A stretch of 64,000 nt of DNA, taken from positions 6,623-70,622 of the forward strand of contig JAQXOO010000033.1 of the NCBI GenBank assembly GCA_029099685.1. Direction: 5' to 3'. Made by a program: the position numbers and the translations under genes. Below are positions 54,175-63,564 of the stretch, piece after piece. The notes below the pieces were generated by a model that was not told the DNA's origin, did not search any database, and saw only the letters and a list, made by a program, of their open reading frames with translations. The stretch comes from Clostridia bacterium (GTDB lineage: Bacteria > Bacillota > Clostridia > Oscillospirales > Butyricicoccaceae). Position 1 is the stretch's first letter. Each line of letters starts with the position of its first letter.

Positions 54175-55484
54175 AGCAGTGGCTGAAAGAAAATGATGTG
54201 ATCCTGCGGGTGACCTCGCTGCTGATCGCGGTGTTTTTGTGGATGTACGTGATGAACTCCGACGAGATCGAGGGGACCCTGACGTATTCCAACATTCCCG
54301 TCCGTCTGGACGGTGTCAGTACCCTGCGCAGCAACGACCTGGTGATCCTGTCCGGCAATAACAGCAAGATCACGGTGGAATGCTCCGGCAAGCGGAAGGT
54401 GCTGCAGACGGTCTATAAGGACTACATGAATATTATTACCGCCAAAGTGAATGTGAGCAACATCACAGAGCCGGGGGAGTATGAGCTGGTCTATGACCTG
54501 TCCAAGGGCGAGACGGATATCAACGTGGTCAGCAAGAATCCCAGCCAGATCACCCTGGTGGTGGACAGGCTGAGCACGGTGTCGGTACCGGTGGAGGTCC
54601 AGCTCATCGGAACCCCGGCCGACGGCCACACCATCTCAGAATGCGTGCCCTCGCCGGACGCCATTACGGTCCGTGGGCCGGAGACCATCCTGCGGCAGAT
54701 CGAGGTGGCCCGGGTGACCTATGATGTGACCGGCCTGACCTCGTCCCTGCAGACCAACGTCACCTTTACGCTGCTGGACAGCGCGGGGAATGAGGTGACA
54801 AACGCCTACCTGGCGCCCGATACGCCTTCCACCACCCTGGACATCACGCTGAAGCGCAGCAACGCCGTCAGTCTGACGGTGAACTTTAACGATTCGCCCT
54901 ATCTCACCGCGTCCATGATCGACTATACCATCGACCCCATGTATTACGAGCTTACCGGCGACCCGGAGATCATGCGGGAGCTGAACCAGATCAGCCTGGG
55001 CAGCATCGACCTTTCGGATGTGCTGGAAAAGGAGCCGGGAGACGAGCTTGTCTTTGAGCGGCTCATCATCCTGCCCAACGGCGTGTCCGCCGCCAACAAG
55101 GACCAGATGCAGTTTGCGAAGGTCACCGTCACGCTGAAGAACTGCGGCTGGAGGACCCTGTCTCTGGACCAGGATATGCTGCCTGAGAACGAGCTGTTCA
55201 CGTATCCCGAACAGCGGCTGGATATCCAGGTGTTCGGCAGCAACGAGGCGCTGGATGACCTGGCGGACGGCGGGCTGACGCTGGAGCCGGTCTATGTTCT
55301 GGATGACCTGGTGGCCGGACAGAACCGGCTGGAGTGCAAGGTCATTCCCGCGGACGACAGCGTCTATGTGAAACAGAATGTCACCATCCTGGTGGAGATC
55401 ACCCAGGAGGCTCTGGATGCCGCCCGCAATCCAGAGCCCGCGGACCCCAACGCGCCCCAGGAACCCGGCGTGCCCGCGGAATAA
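54171..55484 (+). CDS. cdaR: YbbR-domain protein CdaR (CdaA regulator)
   Basis: ATGA overlap with cdaA, an N-terminal TM helix, and repeated YbbR-like beta modules (VPV.V...G.P..G). The C-terminus is Pro-rich. Confidence 0.8.
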   Translation: MKQWLKENDVILRVTSLLIAVFLWMYVMNSDEIEGTLTYSNIPVRLDGVSTLRSNDLVILSGNNSKITVECSGKRKVLQTVYKDYMNIITAKVNVSNITEPGEYELVYDLSKGETDINVVSKNPSQITLVVDRLSTVSVPVEVQLIGTPADGHTISECVPSPDAITVRGPETILRQIEVARVTYDVTGLTSSLQTNVTFTLLDSAGNEVTNAYLAPDTPSTTLDITLKRSNAVSLTVNFNDSPYLTASMIDYTIDPMYYELTGDPEIMRELNQISLGSIDLSDVLEKEPGDELVFERLIILPNGVSAANKDQMQFAKVTVTLKNCGWRTLSLDQDMLPENELFTYPEQRLDIQVFGSNEALDDLADGGLTLEPVYVLDDLVAGQNRLECKVIPADDSVYVKQNVTILVEITQEALDAARNPEPADPNAPQEPGVPAE

Positions 55485-55487
55485 AGC

Positions 55488-57077
55488 ATGAGTATCCTGT
55501 TATCTGACGTCAGGCTTCCTTTTCCGTTTACGGAGGAGGAAGCCTTGACTGCCGCAAGAAGGAAATTGCGGCTCAGTCCGGACAGCGTTCTGGGGGGCTG
55601 CCTGCACAAGCAGTCGCTGGACCTGCGCCACGGCGGGCTGAAAGCCATCTGCTCCGTGGAGCTGCGGTTGTCCGGGGACGAGGCGGCCTTCGTCCGACGG
55701 TACGGCGATCCCCACGTGAAGCTGCGCACGCCGGCGGTCATGCCCCGGCCTTCCGGAAGAGAAAAGTTGAGCGCGCCCCCGGTGATCGTGGGCTTCGGCC
55801 CGGCGGGCATTTTCGCCGCCCTGATCCTGGCCAAAAACGGCTACCGCCCCGTGGTCCTGGAACGGGGCCGGGCCATGGATCTGCGGGACGGGGATGTGCA
55901 GGCCTTTTTCCGGGGCGGAGCGTTCATCGAGCAGTCCAACATCCAGTTCGGAGAGGGCGGCGCCGGCGCTTATTCCGACGGCAAGCTCACCACGCGCATC
56001 GGAGACAACCGCTGCGAGCTGGTGCTGCGGCTGCTGGAGGAGCACGGCGCGCCCCACGAGGCCCTTCAGGCAGCCAAACCGCACATCGGCACCGACCTGC
56101 TGAAAGGCATCGTGGTGTCTATGCGCCGGGAAGTGGAGGCTTTGGGCGGCTGCGTCCGTTTTGAGACACGGGCCGAGGGCCTGCTGCTGGCGGGGGACCG
56201 CCTGCGGGGCCTGAAGCTGGATGGGGAGGAGCTGCCCTGCGATGTGGCGGTGCTGGCCATCGGCCACAGCGCCCGGGACAGCTTTTTCACCCTGCACCGC
56301 CAGGGGGTGTACCTCCAGGCAAAGCCCTTTTCCGTGGGCGTCCGGGCCGAGCATCTGCAGGAGGATATCGACCGGGCGCTGTACGGAGACTATTTCGGTA
56401 TGCCCGGACTGCCCGCCGGGGAATATACCCTGTCCCACCGGGAGGGAGAGCGGGGCTGCTACTCCTTCTGTATGTGTCCCGGGGGAGAGGTGGTGGCCGC
56501 CGCCAGCGAAGCGGGCGGAGTGGTCACCAACGGCATGAGCTACCACGCCCGGGCAGGGAAAAATGCCAACGCGGCGCTGTGTGTGTCGGTGACGCCGGAG
56601 GATTACGGCACCGGCCCCCTGGACGGCATCGCTTTCCAGCGCCGGCTGGAAAAAGCCGCTTTTGACCTGGGAGGAGGGGACTACCAGGCCCCGGTCCAGC
56701 TCTGGGGCGATTTTGCCCAGGGACGCGTGTCCTCCCGGCTGGGCCGCGTGACGCCCACCTATCCCAGGGGCTGGCAGTTCCGGCCGCTGGACGGGGCGCT
56801 GCCGCCCTTCGTCTGCGACCTGCTGCGGCGGGCCATGCCCCGGTTCGGCAAAAAGCTGCCGGGTTATGACGCCTGGGACACCGTGTTCACCGGTGTGGAG
56901 ACCCGCACCTCGTCCCCGGTGCGCATCACCCGGGGCGAGGACCTGTACAGTCTCACCGTCCGGGGCCTGATCCCCTGCGGAGAAGGCGCGGGCTATGCCG
57001 GCGGCATCATGTCGGCGGCGGTGGACGGTATCCGCGCAGCCGAGGCCATCATGGCCCGGTACGCACCTTTGGAATGA
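55488..57077 (+). CDS. FAD-dependent oxidoreductase (COG2509-type)
   Basis: 529 aa. Dinucleotide fold VIVGFGPAGIFAALILA, FGEGGAGAYSDGKL, and C-terminal GEGAGYAGGI. It starts 3 nt after the cdaR stop. Confidence 0.8.
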   Translation: MSILLSDVRLPFPFTEEEALTAARRKLRLSPDSVLGGCLHKQSLDLRHGGLKAICSVELRLSGDEAAFVRRYGDPHVKLRTPAVMPRPSGREKLSAPPVIVGFGPAGIFAALILAKNGYRPVVLERGRAMDLRDGDVQAFFRGGAFIEQSNIQFGEGGAGAYSDGKLTTRIGDNRCELVLRLLEEHGAPHEALQAAKPHIGTDLLKGIVVSMRREVEALGGCVRFETRAEGLLLAGDRLRGLKLDGEELPCDVAVLAIGHSARDSFFTLHRQGVYLQAKPFSVGVRAEHLQEDIDRALYGDYFGMPGLPAGEYTLSHREGERGCYSFCMCPGGEVVAAASEAGGVVTNGMSYHARAGKNANAALCVSVTPEDYGTGPLDGIAFQRRLEKAAFDLGGGDYQAPVQLWGDFAQGRVSSRLGRVTPTYPRGWQFRPLDGALPPFVCDLLRRAMPRFGKKLPGYDAWDTVFTGVETRTSSPVRITRGEDLYSLTVRGLIPCGEGAGYAGGIMSAAVDGIRAAEAIMARYAPLE

Positions 57078-57091
57078 AAAGTGAGGAACCT

Positions 57092-57502
57092 ATGGAACAG
57101 CAAGCACAAGTGATCCGCATCGTCAGCGACGCCACCGCCAGGGTGGCCGTCAAGCGCAAATCGGCCTGCAGCGGAGACTGCCACACCTGCCACGGCTGCC
57201 CCCATCCCGACGAGATCGTCATGGTGGACGCCGACAATCCGGTGGGCGCGCAGAAGGGAGATGCGGTCATCGTCCGCAGCGACACCGGCCGTGTACTGAA
57301 GCTGGCGGCCATGCTCTATCTCATGCCCCTGGTGCTGTTTTTCCTGGGCTATTTTCTGGTCCCGGGAGGCAGCGGCTTTCGGATGGGCGCGGGCGGCGCC
57401 GCTTTTGCCGTGGGCATCGCCATTTGCGTTTTTGTGTCGCGGAACATGAAAAAGAATGATCGGGAGATGCATTTTTCCATCGTCCGGGTACTGGACGAAT
57501 AA
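57092..57502 (+). CDS. RseC/MucC (SoxR-reducing system) family protein
   Basis: MEQQAQVIRIV...ACSGDCHTCHGC Cys cluster followed by two TM helices. An alternative start at ATG 57074 would form an ATGA overlap with the upstream stop. Confidence 0.7.
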   Translation: MEQQAQVIRIVSDATARVAVKRKSACSGDCHTCHGCPHPDEIVMVDADNPVGAQKGDAVIVRSDTGRVLKLAAMLYLMPLVLFFLGYFLVPGGSGFRMGAGGAAFAVGIAICVFVSRNMKKNDREMHFSIVRVLDE

Positions 57503-57514
57503 CAGAAATAGGAA

Positions 57515-58402
57515 GTGATTCATTTGCTGAAAAGCATGACCGGCTACGGCCGTGTAAAAGTGGAAAACGATCTCAGGGAGATCACGGTGGAGCTGCGCTC
57601 TGTCAACCACCGCTACCTGGACCTGAACATCAAGGTCCCCAGGATCTACGGCTATCTGGAGGAAATGGTGTCCAAGCAGGCCCAGGCGGCCATCGCCCGG
57701 GGCAAGGTGGACATCTTCGTCAGCGTCCGGGCCAAGGAAGGAGCGGACATCCGGGTCAGCCCCAACATGGCGGTGATCCAGGGTTACGTGGACGCCATCA
57801 GGAAGGTGTCCGAGACCTACGGCCTTTCTGACGAGGCCACCGCCCTGTCCCTGCTGCGCCTGCCTGACGCCATGGAGCAGAGTAAGGAGGAGGCCGACGC
57901 CGACCAGCTGAAAGCCGAGGTGTCCGCCGTCCTGGATCAGGCGCTGACGGAGTACAATGCCATGCGGGAAAAGGAAGGTGCCCGCCTGGTGGAGGATGTG
58001 ACCTACCGCGCAGGGCTGATCGCCCAGTCGGTGGATTTTGTGGAGCAGCGTTCTCCCGACTGCGTGGAGGAGTACCGCCAGCGCATCGCCGCCCGCATGA
58101 CCGAGATCCTGGACGGCACGGAGCTGGCCCAGCAGCGCATTCTGCAGGAGGCCGCCCTTTATGCCGATAAGGTCAACGTCACAGAGGAGATCGTCCGTCT
58201 GCGTTCCCATCTGGCCCAGCTGGAAACCATGCTGAAAAGTCCCGTCGCCATCGGCCGCAAGCTGGATTTCCTGGTGCAGGAGATGAACCGTGAGACCAAC
58301 ACCATCGGGTCCAAGGCCAATGACTTCCAGATCGCCAAAACGGTGGTGGACATGAAGGCAGAGATCGAAAAGATCCGGGAGCAGATCCAGAATCTGGAGT
58401 GA
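57515..58402 (+). CDS. yicC: YicC family stress-induced protein
   Basis: KSMTGYGR N-terminus, SVNHRYLD, and C-terminal [18 protein letters not shown]. The start is uncertain (GTG 57515, TTG 57524 or ATG 57536). Confidence 0.85.
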   Translation: MIHLLKSMTGYGRVKVENDLREITVELRSVNHRYLDLNIKVPRIYGYLEEMVSKQAQAAIARGKVDIFVSVRAKEGADIRVSPNMAVIQGYVDAIRKVSETYGLSDEATALSLLRLPDAMEQSKEEADADQLKAEVSAVLDQALTEYNAMREKEGARLVEDVTYRAGLIAQSVDFVEQRSPDCVEEYRQRIAARMTEILDGTELAQQRILQEAALYADKVNVTEEIVRLRSHLAQLETMLKSPVAIGRKLDFLVQEMNRETNTIGSKANDFQIAKTVVDMKAEIEKIREQIQNLE

Positions 58403-58481
58403 CCGGCCGCCGGAGACCTGTTTTGCAGGGCGCGCGCCTTCCGGCGCCGCTCCCGCGCTGTTTAAAGAAAGAGGAATCGCT

Positions 58482-58751
58482 ATGAAGCTTATCAATATCG
58501 GCTTCGGCAACATGGTGTCGGCCAACCGGCTGGTGGCCATCGTCAGTCCGGAGTCAGCCCCCATTCGCCGCATCATCGCCAAAGCAAAGGAGAGTAATAT
58601 GCTCATCGATGCCACCTACGGCCGCCGCAGCCGCAGCGTCCTGGTGACCGATTCCGACCATGTGATCCTGTCGCCCATCCAGCCGGAGACCATCGCCAAC
58701 CGGCTCAGCAGCGAATATGAGGATGAAGAGGAGGACGAAGAAGATGAGTAG
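58482..58751 (+). CDS. remA: RemA/DUF370 family extracellular-matrix regulator
   Basis: [30 protein letters not shown]...[11 protein letters not shown] is the conserved RemA core. It has an unusual acidic tail [11 protein letters not shown]. Confidence 0.85.
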   Translation: MKLINIGFGNMVSANRLVAIVSPESAPIRRIIAKAKESNMLIDATYGRRSRSVLVTDSDHVILSPIQPETIANRLSSEYEDEEEDEEDE

Positions 58752-59337
58752 AAAGGGAACGCTGTTCGTCATCACCGGCCCCAGCGGCGCGGGCAAGGGT
58801 ACCGTGCTGAAAAAGGTCATCCAGTCGTTGGACCGGCTGTATTTTTCGGTGTCCGCCACCACCCGGGCCCCCAGAGAAGGTGAGCTGGATGGGGTCCATT
58901 ATCATTTTCTCACCCACGAGCAGTTTGAACGGCTGATCGCGGAGGAGCGGCTGCTGGAATATGCCCAATATGCCAAAAACTATTACGGCACCCCCCTGGA
59001 TCCCGCGCTGCAGCACCTGGAAATGGGGGAGGACGTGATCCTTGAGATCGAGCTTCAGGGCGCGCTGCAGGTAAAAAAGCGCCTGCCCCAGTCCGTGCCT
59101 GTGTTCATCGCGCCGCCTTCTTTTGCGGAACTGGAGAACCGTCTCCGGGGCCGCGGCACGGAGACGGAGGAGGTCATCCTCCAGCGGCTGTCCATTGCCC
59201 GGAAAGAGTGCGCGGCCATGGACCAATTCCGTTACGTAGTGGTCAATGATCAGGCGGATACCGCCGCCGATGAGCTGCGGAGCATCATTCTGGCCCACCG
59301 CTGCCTGACGGAAAACCGGGGCTTTACATTGGAATAA
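58744..59337 (+). CDS. gmk: guanylate kinase
   Basis: ORF trimmed to [20 protein letters not shown] (P-loop), then TTRAPREGE. It overlaps the remA stop by 8 nt. Confidence 0.95.
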   Translation: MSRKGTLFVITGPSGAGKGTVLKKVIQSLDRLYFSVSATTRAPREGELDGVHYHFLTHEQFERLIAEERLLEYAQYAKNYYGTPLDPALQHLEMGEDVILEIELQGALQVKKRLPQSVPVFIAPPSFAELENRLRGRGTETEEVILQRLSIARKECAAMDQFRYVVVNDQADTAADELRSIILAHRCLTENRGFTLE

Positions 59338-59385
59338 ACCGTTTGATAATCAATAGAATTTTCATTATAAAAGGAGAAACCATTT

Positions 59386-59616
59386 ATGCTGCATCCCACT
59401 ATGCCCGAATTGCTTGAAAAAGTGGACAACCGCTACCTGCTGGTGAACGTGGCCGCCAAGCGCGCCCGCCAGATCGCCGAGGAGGCGGAGATGAACGAGA
59501 TCAAACTGACTGAAAAGCCGGTGAAGATGGCGCTGGACGACATCGTTTCCGGACGGATCGTCAACATCACCCGCACCGAAGAGCCTGACGAGGCAGCCTC
59601 TGACAGCGAACGGTAA
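59386..59616 (+). CDS. rpoZ: DNA-directed RNA polymerase subunit omega
   Basis: 76 aa. NRYLLVNVAAKRARQI is the signature omega motif. Confidence 0.9.
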   Translation: MLHPTMPELLEKVDNRYLLVNVAAKRARQIAEEAEMNEIKLTEKPVKMALDDIVSGRIVNITRTEEPDEAASDSER

Positions 59617-59622
59617 ACTTCC

Positions 59623-62076
59623 ATGAACGGGCAGACGCTGGTGGCCCGGGTGGCGGTGGCGGCGGCGGTCTATTCCATTGACCGTCCCTATGATTACAGT
59701 GTGCCTGCCGCCTGGCAGGACGCCGTCCGGGAGGGACAGCGGGTCATCGTCCCCTTCGGCGCAAGCAACCGAAAGACCGAGGGCATTATTCTGGAACTGG
59801 CCGCGGCGGAAGCGCCCCGCCAGCTCAAGTCCGTCGCCTATGTGTTCGACGATGAGGTGATCCTCACCGGAGCGCAGAAGGCCATGGCGCTGTGGATGTG
59901 CCGGCGGTATTTCTGCACCTTTTTTCAGGCGGCCAACGCCCTGTTTCCCCCGGGCGTCTGGAATCGCAAGGCGGAGACCTATTCTTTGGGAGAAGCCGCC
60001 CCGGAAAACCTGTCCGAAAAAAAGCAGAGCATCCTGCAGGCCGTCCGGGAGGCGGAAAAGCCCCTGACGGCCGCCGGTATCGCCAAGGCCGCCGGGTTGG
60101 AGGACTGCAAAAGGGAGCTTTCCCAACTGGTGAAAGCGGGCTGCCTGACGGTGAAGCAGCAGTTCCGGCAGAGCGTCCGGGAAAAGAAGATCAACATGGT
60201 CCGCCTGGCGCTGCCGCTGGAGCAGGCGCTGGGCCAGCTGGGCAAGGGCGCCATCCGGGAAAAGCGGGAGGCCGTCCTCCGGGTGGTGCATCAGGCGGGG
60301 CAGCTCCCTGAAAAAGAGGTGTGCTACCTCACCGGTGTGGGCGCGGCGCTGGTGCGCCGCCTGGTGACGCTGGGAATTCTGGAGTCCCAGCCGGTGCAGG
60401 TCAGCCGAATGCCCGCCGTCCCCAAAAGTGAGACGCCCGAGCCGCTGGAGCTGAACGTTGCCCAGCAGGCTGCTTTTGAGCGCCTTTGCGTCCTGCAGGC
60501 CGCGGGGGCCCCCCAGGCCGCGCTGCTGTTCGGCGTTACCGGCAGCGGCAAGACCCAGGTGTATATCAAACTGATCCAGCATACTCTGGAACAGGGCAAA
60601 AGCGCCATTCTGCTGGTGCCAGAGATCGCCCTGACCCCCCAGATGCTGCGCCGGTTCCGGCTGTATTTCCGGGACCAGGTGGCCGTGATGCACAGCGGCC
60701 TTACCGCCACCCAGCGCTATGACGAATACTGCCGCATTCAAAAGGGGCGGGCGCGGGTGGTCATCGGGACCCGGACCGCGGTGTTCGCTCCGGTGGACCG
60801 GCTGGGCTGCATCATCATCGATGAGGAACAGGAACCCACCTATAAATCCGAATCCGACCCCCGCTACCACGCACGGGAGGTGGCCAAATACCGGGCGGCC
60901 CGGGAAAACTGCCTGCTGCTGCTGGGATCGGCCACACCCTCTGTAGAGAGCTATTATGCCGCCCGGGAGGGGACCTATCAGCTGCTGTCCCTGCCCGAGC
61001 GCTATCAAAACATCCCTCTGCCGCAGACCGTTTTGGCTGATATGCGGGGCCAGCTTCGCGAGGGCGACACCTCCCGTATCAGCCGCCAGCTTCTGGATGA
61101 GCTGAAGCGGAATCTGGACAGGGGAGAGCAGAGCATTTTGTTCATCAACCGCCGGGGCAGCGCCCGGATGGCCGTCTGCGTGGACTGCGGCTACATCCCC
61201 ACCTGCGAAAACTGCTCGGTGGCGCTGACCTATCACAGCCGCAACGGCCGGCTCATGTGCCATCACTGCGGCTATTCCCAGCCCATGATCCAGGTCTGCC
61301 CGGTGTGCGGCGGCAGCCATCTGCGGCTGATCGGCTCCGGGACCCAAAGCATCGAGGAGGAGCTGCAGCAGCTTTTGCCGGAGGCACGCATCCTCCGCAT
61401 GGACGCCGACACCACCGAGGGCCGCGTCTCCCACGAAAAGCTGCTGGACGCCTTTGCCAAAGGAAAGGCCGATATCCTTTTGGGTACACAGATGGTGGCC
61501 AAGGGCCTGGATTTTGACAATGTGACCCTGGTGGGCGTGCTTGAGGCCGACCTGTCCCTGTATTGCGGCGATTATCACGCACCCGAGCGCACCTTTTCGC
61601 TGCTGGCCCAGGTGGTAGGCCGGGCGGGCAGACGGTCCACACCGGGCCGCGCGGTCATTCAGACCTACACCCCCGGGCATCCGGTGATCGAAGCCGCCGC
61701 CCGGCAGGATTACGACGCCTTTTATGCCCAGGAGATCGCGGCCCGCAGGGCGCTGAAGGCACCGCCCTTTGCTGACCGGTTCGTGTTCCGCTTCGGCGGA
61801 CCGGACGAGCACACGGTGCAGCAGGCGGCCCGGGTCTTTGCAGACGCGCTGGCCGTCCAGCTTGCAGGGACGCCCGATGTGGAGCCCGCCGTGCTGGGAC
61901 CTGCGCCCGCACCCATCGCAAAGCTGAACAAGCGCTATTTTTACACTGTCTCCTTCCGGGGCCGCGCCACCAGTCAAAGCCGCGCCCTGGTTTCCAGGAT
62001 GCTGGCGGCCTATGACCGCTGGCCCGGCAGCAGGACCCTGACGGTCTCTGCCGATATTGACCCATATTATATATAA
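59623..62076 (+). CDS. priA: primosomal replication-restart helicase PriA
   Basis: 817 aa. Walker A GVTGSGKT, DEEQ box, and Cys-rich zinc insertion (CVDCGYIPTCENCS...CHHCGY...CPVCG). Confidence 0.95.
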   Translation: MNGQTLVARVAVAAAVYSIDRPYDYSVPAAWQDAVREGQRVIVPFGASNRKTEGIILELAAAEAPRQLKSVAYVFDDEVILTGAQKAMALWMCRRYFCTFFQAANALFPPGVWNRKAETYSLGEAAPENLSEKKQSILQAVREAEKPLTAAGIAKAAGLEDCKRELSQLVKAGCLTVKQQFRQSVREKKINMVRLALPLEQALGQLGKGAIREKREAVLRVVHQAGQLPEKEVCYLTGVGAALVRRLVTLGILESQPVQVSRMPAVPKSETPEPLELNVAQQAAFERLCVLQAAGAPQAALLFGVTGSGKTQVYIKLIQHTLEQGKSAILLVPEIALTPQMLRRFRLYFRDQVAVMHSGLTATQRYDEYCRIQKGRARVVIGTRTAVFAPVDRLGCIIIDEEQEPTYKSESDPRYHAREVAKYRAARENCLLLLGSATPSVESYYAAREGTYQLLSLPERYQNIPLPQTVLADMRGQLREGDTSRISRQLLDELKRNLDRGEQSILFINRRGSARMAVCVDCGYIPTCENCSVALTYHSRNGRLMCHHCGYSQPMIQVCPVCGGSHLRLIGSGTQSIEEELQQLLPEARILRMDADTTEGRVSHEKLLDAFAKGKADILLGTQMVAKGLDFDNVTLVGVLEADLSLYCGDYHAPERTFSLLAQVVGRAGRRSTPGRAVIQTYTPGHPVIEAAARQDYDAFYAQEIAARRALKAPPFADRFVFRFGGPDEHTVQQAARVFADALAVQLAGTPDVEPAVLGPAPAPIAKLNKRYFYTVSFRGRATSQSRALVSRMLAAYDRWPGSRTLTVSADIDPYYI

Positions 62077-62089
62077 GGAGGACCCTTTT

Positions 62090-62581
62090 ATGGCTATCCG
62101 CAACATCGTGAAGGTGGGCGACGACATTCTGACCCGGAAGTGCCGTCCCGTCACGGATTTCAACGACCGTCTGTTCACACTGCTGGATGATATGCACGAC
62201 ACCCTTACCGACGCTCACGGCGCCGGCCTGGCTGCGCCCCAGGTGGGCATTCTCCGCCGGCTGGCGCTGGTGATGGTGGAGGACGAGAGCTTTTTGGAGA
62301 TCATCAACCCGGAGATCATCGCACGGGAAGGGGAGCAGGACGGCGCCGAGGGCTGCCTGTCCGTTCCCGGAAAATACGGCATGGTCAAGCGGCCCATGAA
62401 GGTCACCGTCCGGTACCAGGACCGCGGGGGCGAATGGCACGAGCGCACGGCTGAGGGCTTTACCGCCCGGGCTTTCTGCCACGAGATCGACCACCTGGAC
62501 GGACATCTGTATACCGAACTGGTGACCGAATATCTGGATCCCGACGATTTCACAGAGGATGACGAGGGTGAGGACCAATGA
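62090..62581 (+). CDS. def: peptide deformylase
   Basis: ORF trimmed to MAIRNIVKVGDD (RBS AAGGAGGA). It has the GAGLAAPQVG, EGCLSVPG and HEIDHLDG motifs. Confidence 0.95.
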   Translation: MAIRNIVKVGDDILTRKCRPVTDFNDRLFTLLDDMHDTLTDAHGAGLAAPQVGILRRLALVMVEDESFLEIINPEIIAREGEQDGAEGCLSVPGKYGMVKRPMKVTVRYQDRGGEWHERTAEGFTARAFCHEIDHLDGHLYTELVTEYLDPDDFTEDDEGEDQ

Positions 62582-63510
62582 GGATCGTGTTTATGGGGAC
62601 CCCGGACTTCGCCGTGGCTGCACTGGAGGCGCTTCATGAAGCCGGACACCAGATCGCAGGGGTCTATACCCGCATGGATACCCCCAAAAACCGGGGAATG
62701 AAGCTGCTGCCGCCCCCTGTGAAGGTGAAGGCGCTGGAATACGGCATCCCCGTGTTCCAGCCGAAAAACCTGCGGGGCGAAGACACCCAGCGGCAGCTCC
62801 GGGAGCTGGAGCCGGAGGTCATCGTGGTGGCGGCCTACGGCCGCTTGCTGCCCCAGGCGGTGCTGGATATCCCCCGGTACGGCTGCCTGAACATCCACGC
62901 CTCCCTGCTGCCCAAATACCGGGGCGCCAGCCCCATCAACGCCTGCATTCTCCACGGCGAGACGGAGGCGGGGGTCACCATCATGCAGATGGATGCAGGG
63001 CTGGACACCGGCGACATGCTGCTGCCGGTGCGCACGGAGATCCTGCCCGACGAGAGCTGCGGCAGCCTGCATGACCGGCTGGCCGTCCTTGGCGGACAAG
63101 CGATTGTAAAGGCGCTGGACTTGTTGGAAAAGGGCGCGCTTCACGGCCAGCCGCAGCCTGAAGGGGGCGCCACCTACGCGCCCATGATCCAGACCGCCGA
63201 CTGCAAAATCGACTTTACCCGGTCCGCCAGGGAGGTCTCCTGCGCCATCCGCGCCTATGATCCCGCCCCCGGCGCATTTTCCACCCTGGGCGGTGACAAA
63301 ATGAAATTGTTCGCGGCCTCGCCGGAGCAGGACGAGGGCGGCTGCGGCATGCCCGGCACCATTCTGAAAGCCGATAAAAAGGGCATTGTGGTAGCCTGCG
63401 GCCGGGGTGCCGTCCGGATCGGCATGGTTCAGGGCGCCGGCGGTAAAAAAATGCCTGCGGATGCCTTTTTCCGGGGCCACGCCGCCCTGCTTTCGGAAAT
63501 TTTCCGTTAA
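62578..63510 (+). CDS. fmt: methionyl-tRNA formyltransferase
   Basis: MRIVFMGTPDFAV, NIHASLLPKYRGASPI, and ATGA overlap with def. Confidence 0.95.
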   Translation: MRIVFMGTPDFAVAALEALHEAGHQIAGVYTRMDTPKNRGMKLLPPPVKVKALEYGIPVFQPKNLRGEDTQRQLRELEPEVIVVAAYGRLLPQAVLDIPRYGCLNIHASLLPKYRGASPINACILHGETEAGVTIMQMDAGLDTGDMLLPVRTEILPDESCGSLHDRLAVLGGQAIVKALDLLEKGALHGQPQPEGGATYAPMIQTADCKIDFTRSAREVSCAIRAYDPAPGAFSTLGGDKMKLFAASPEQDEGGCGMPGTILKADKKGIVVACGRGAVRIGMVQGAGGKKMPADAFFRGHAALLSEIFR

Positions 63511-63564
63511 CGAACGAACTTTTGTCCTTGAAACCAGTCTAACGCAGCGAAAGAGGTGCAAAAA

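Noticed and set aside
59365-62202. 945-aa minus-strand ORF opposite rpoZ and priA
   Set aside because: It is a codon-aligned antisense shadow (62200-59386 and 62200-59623 are divisible by 3). The sense genes are clearly real.
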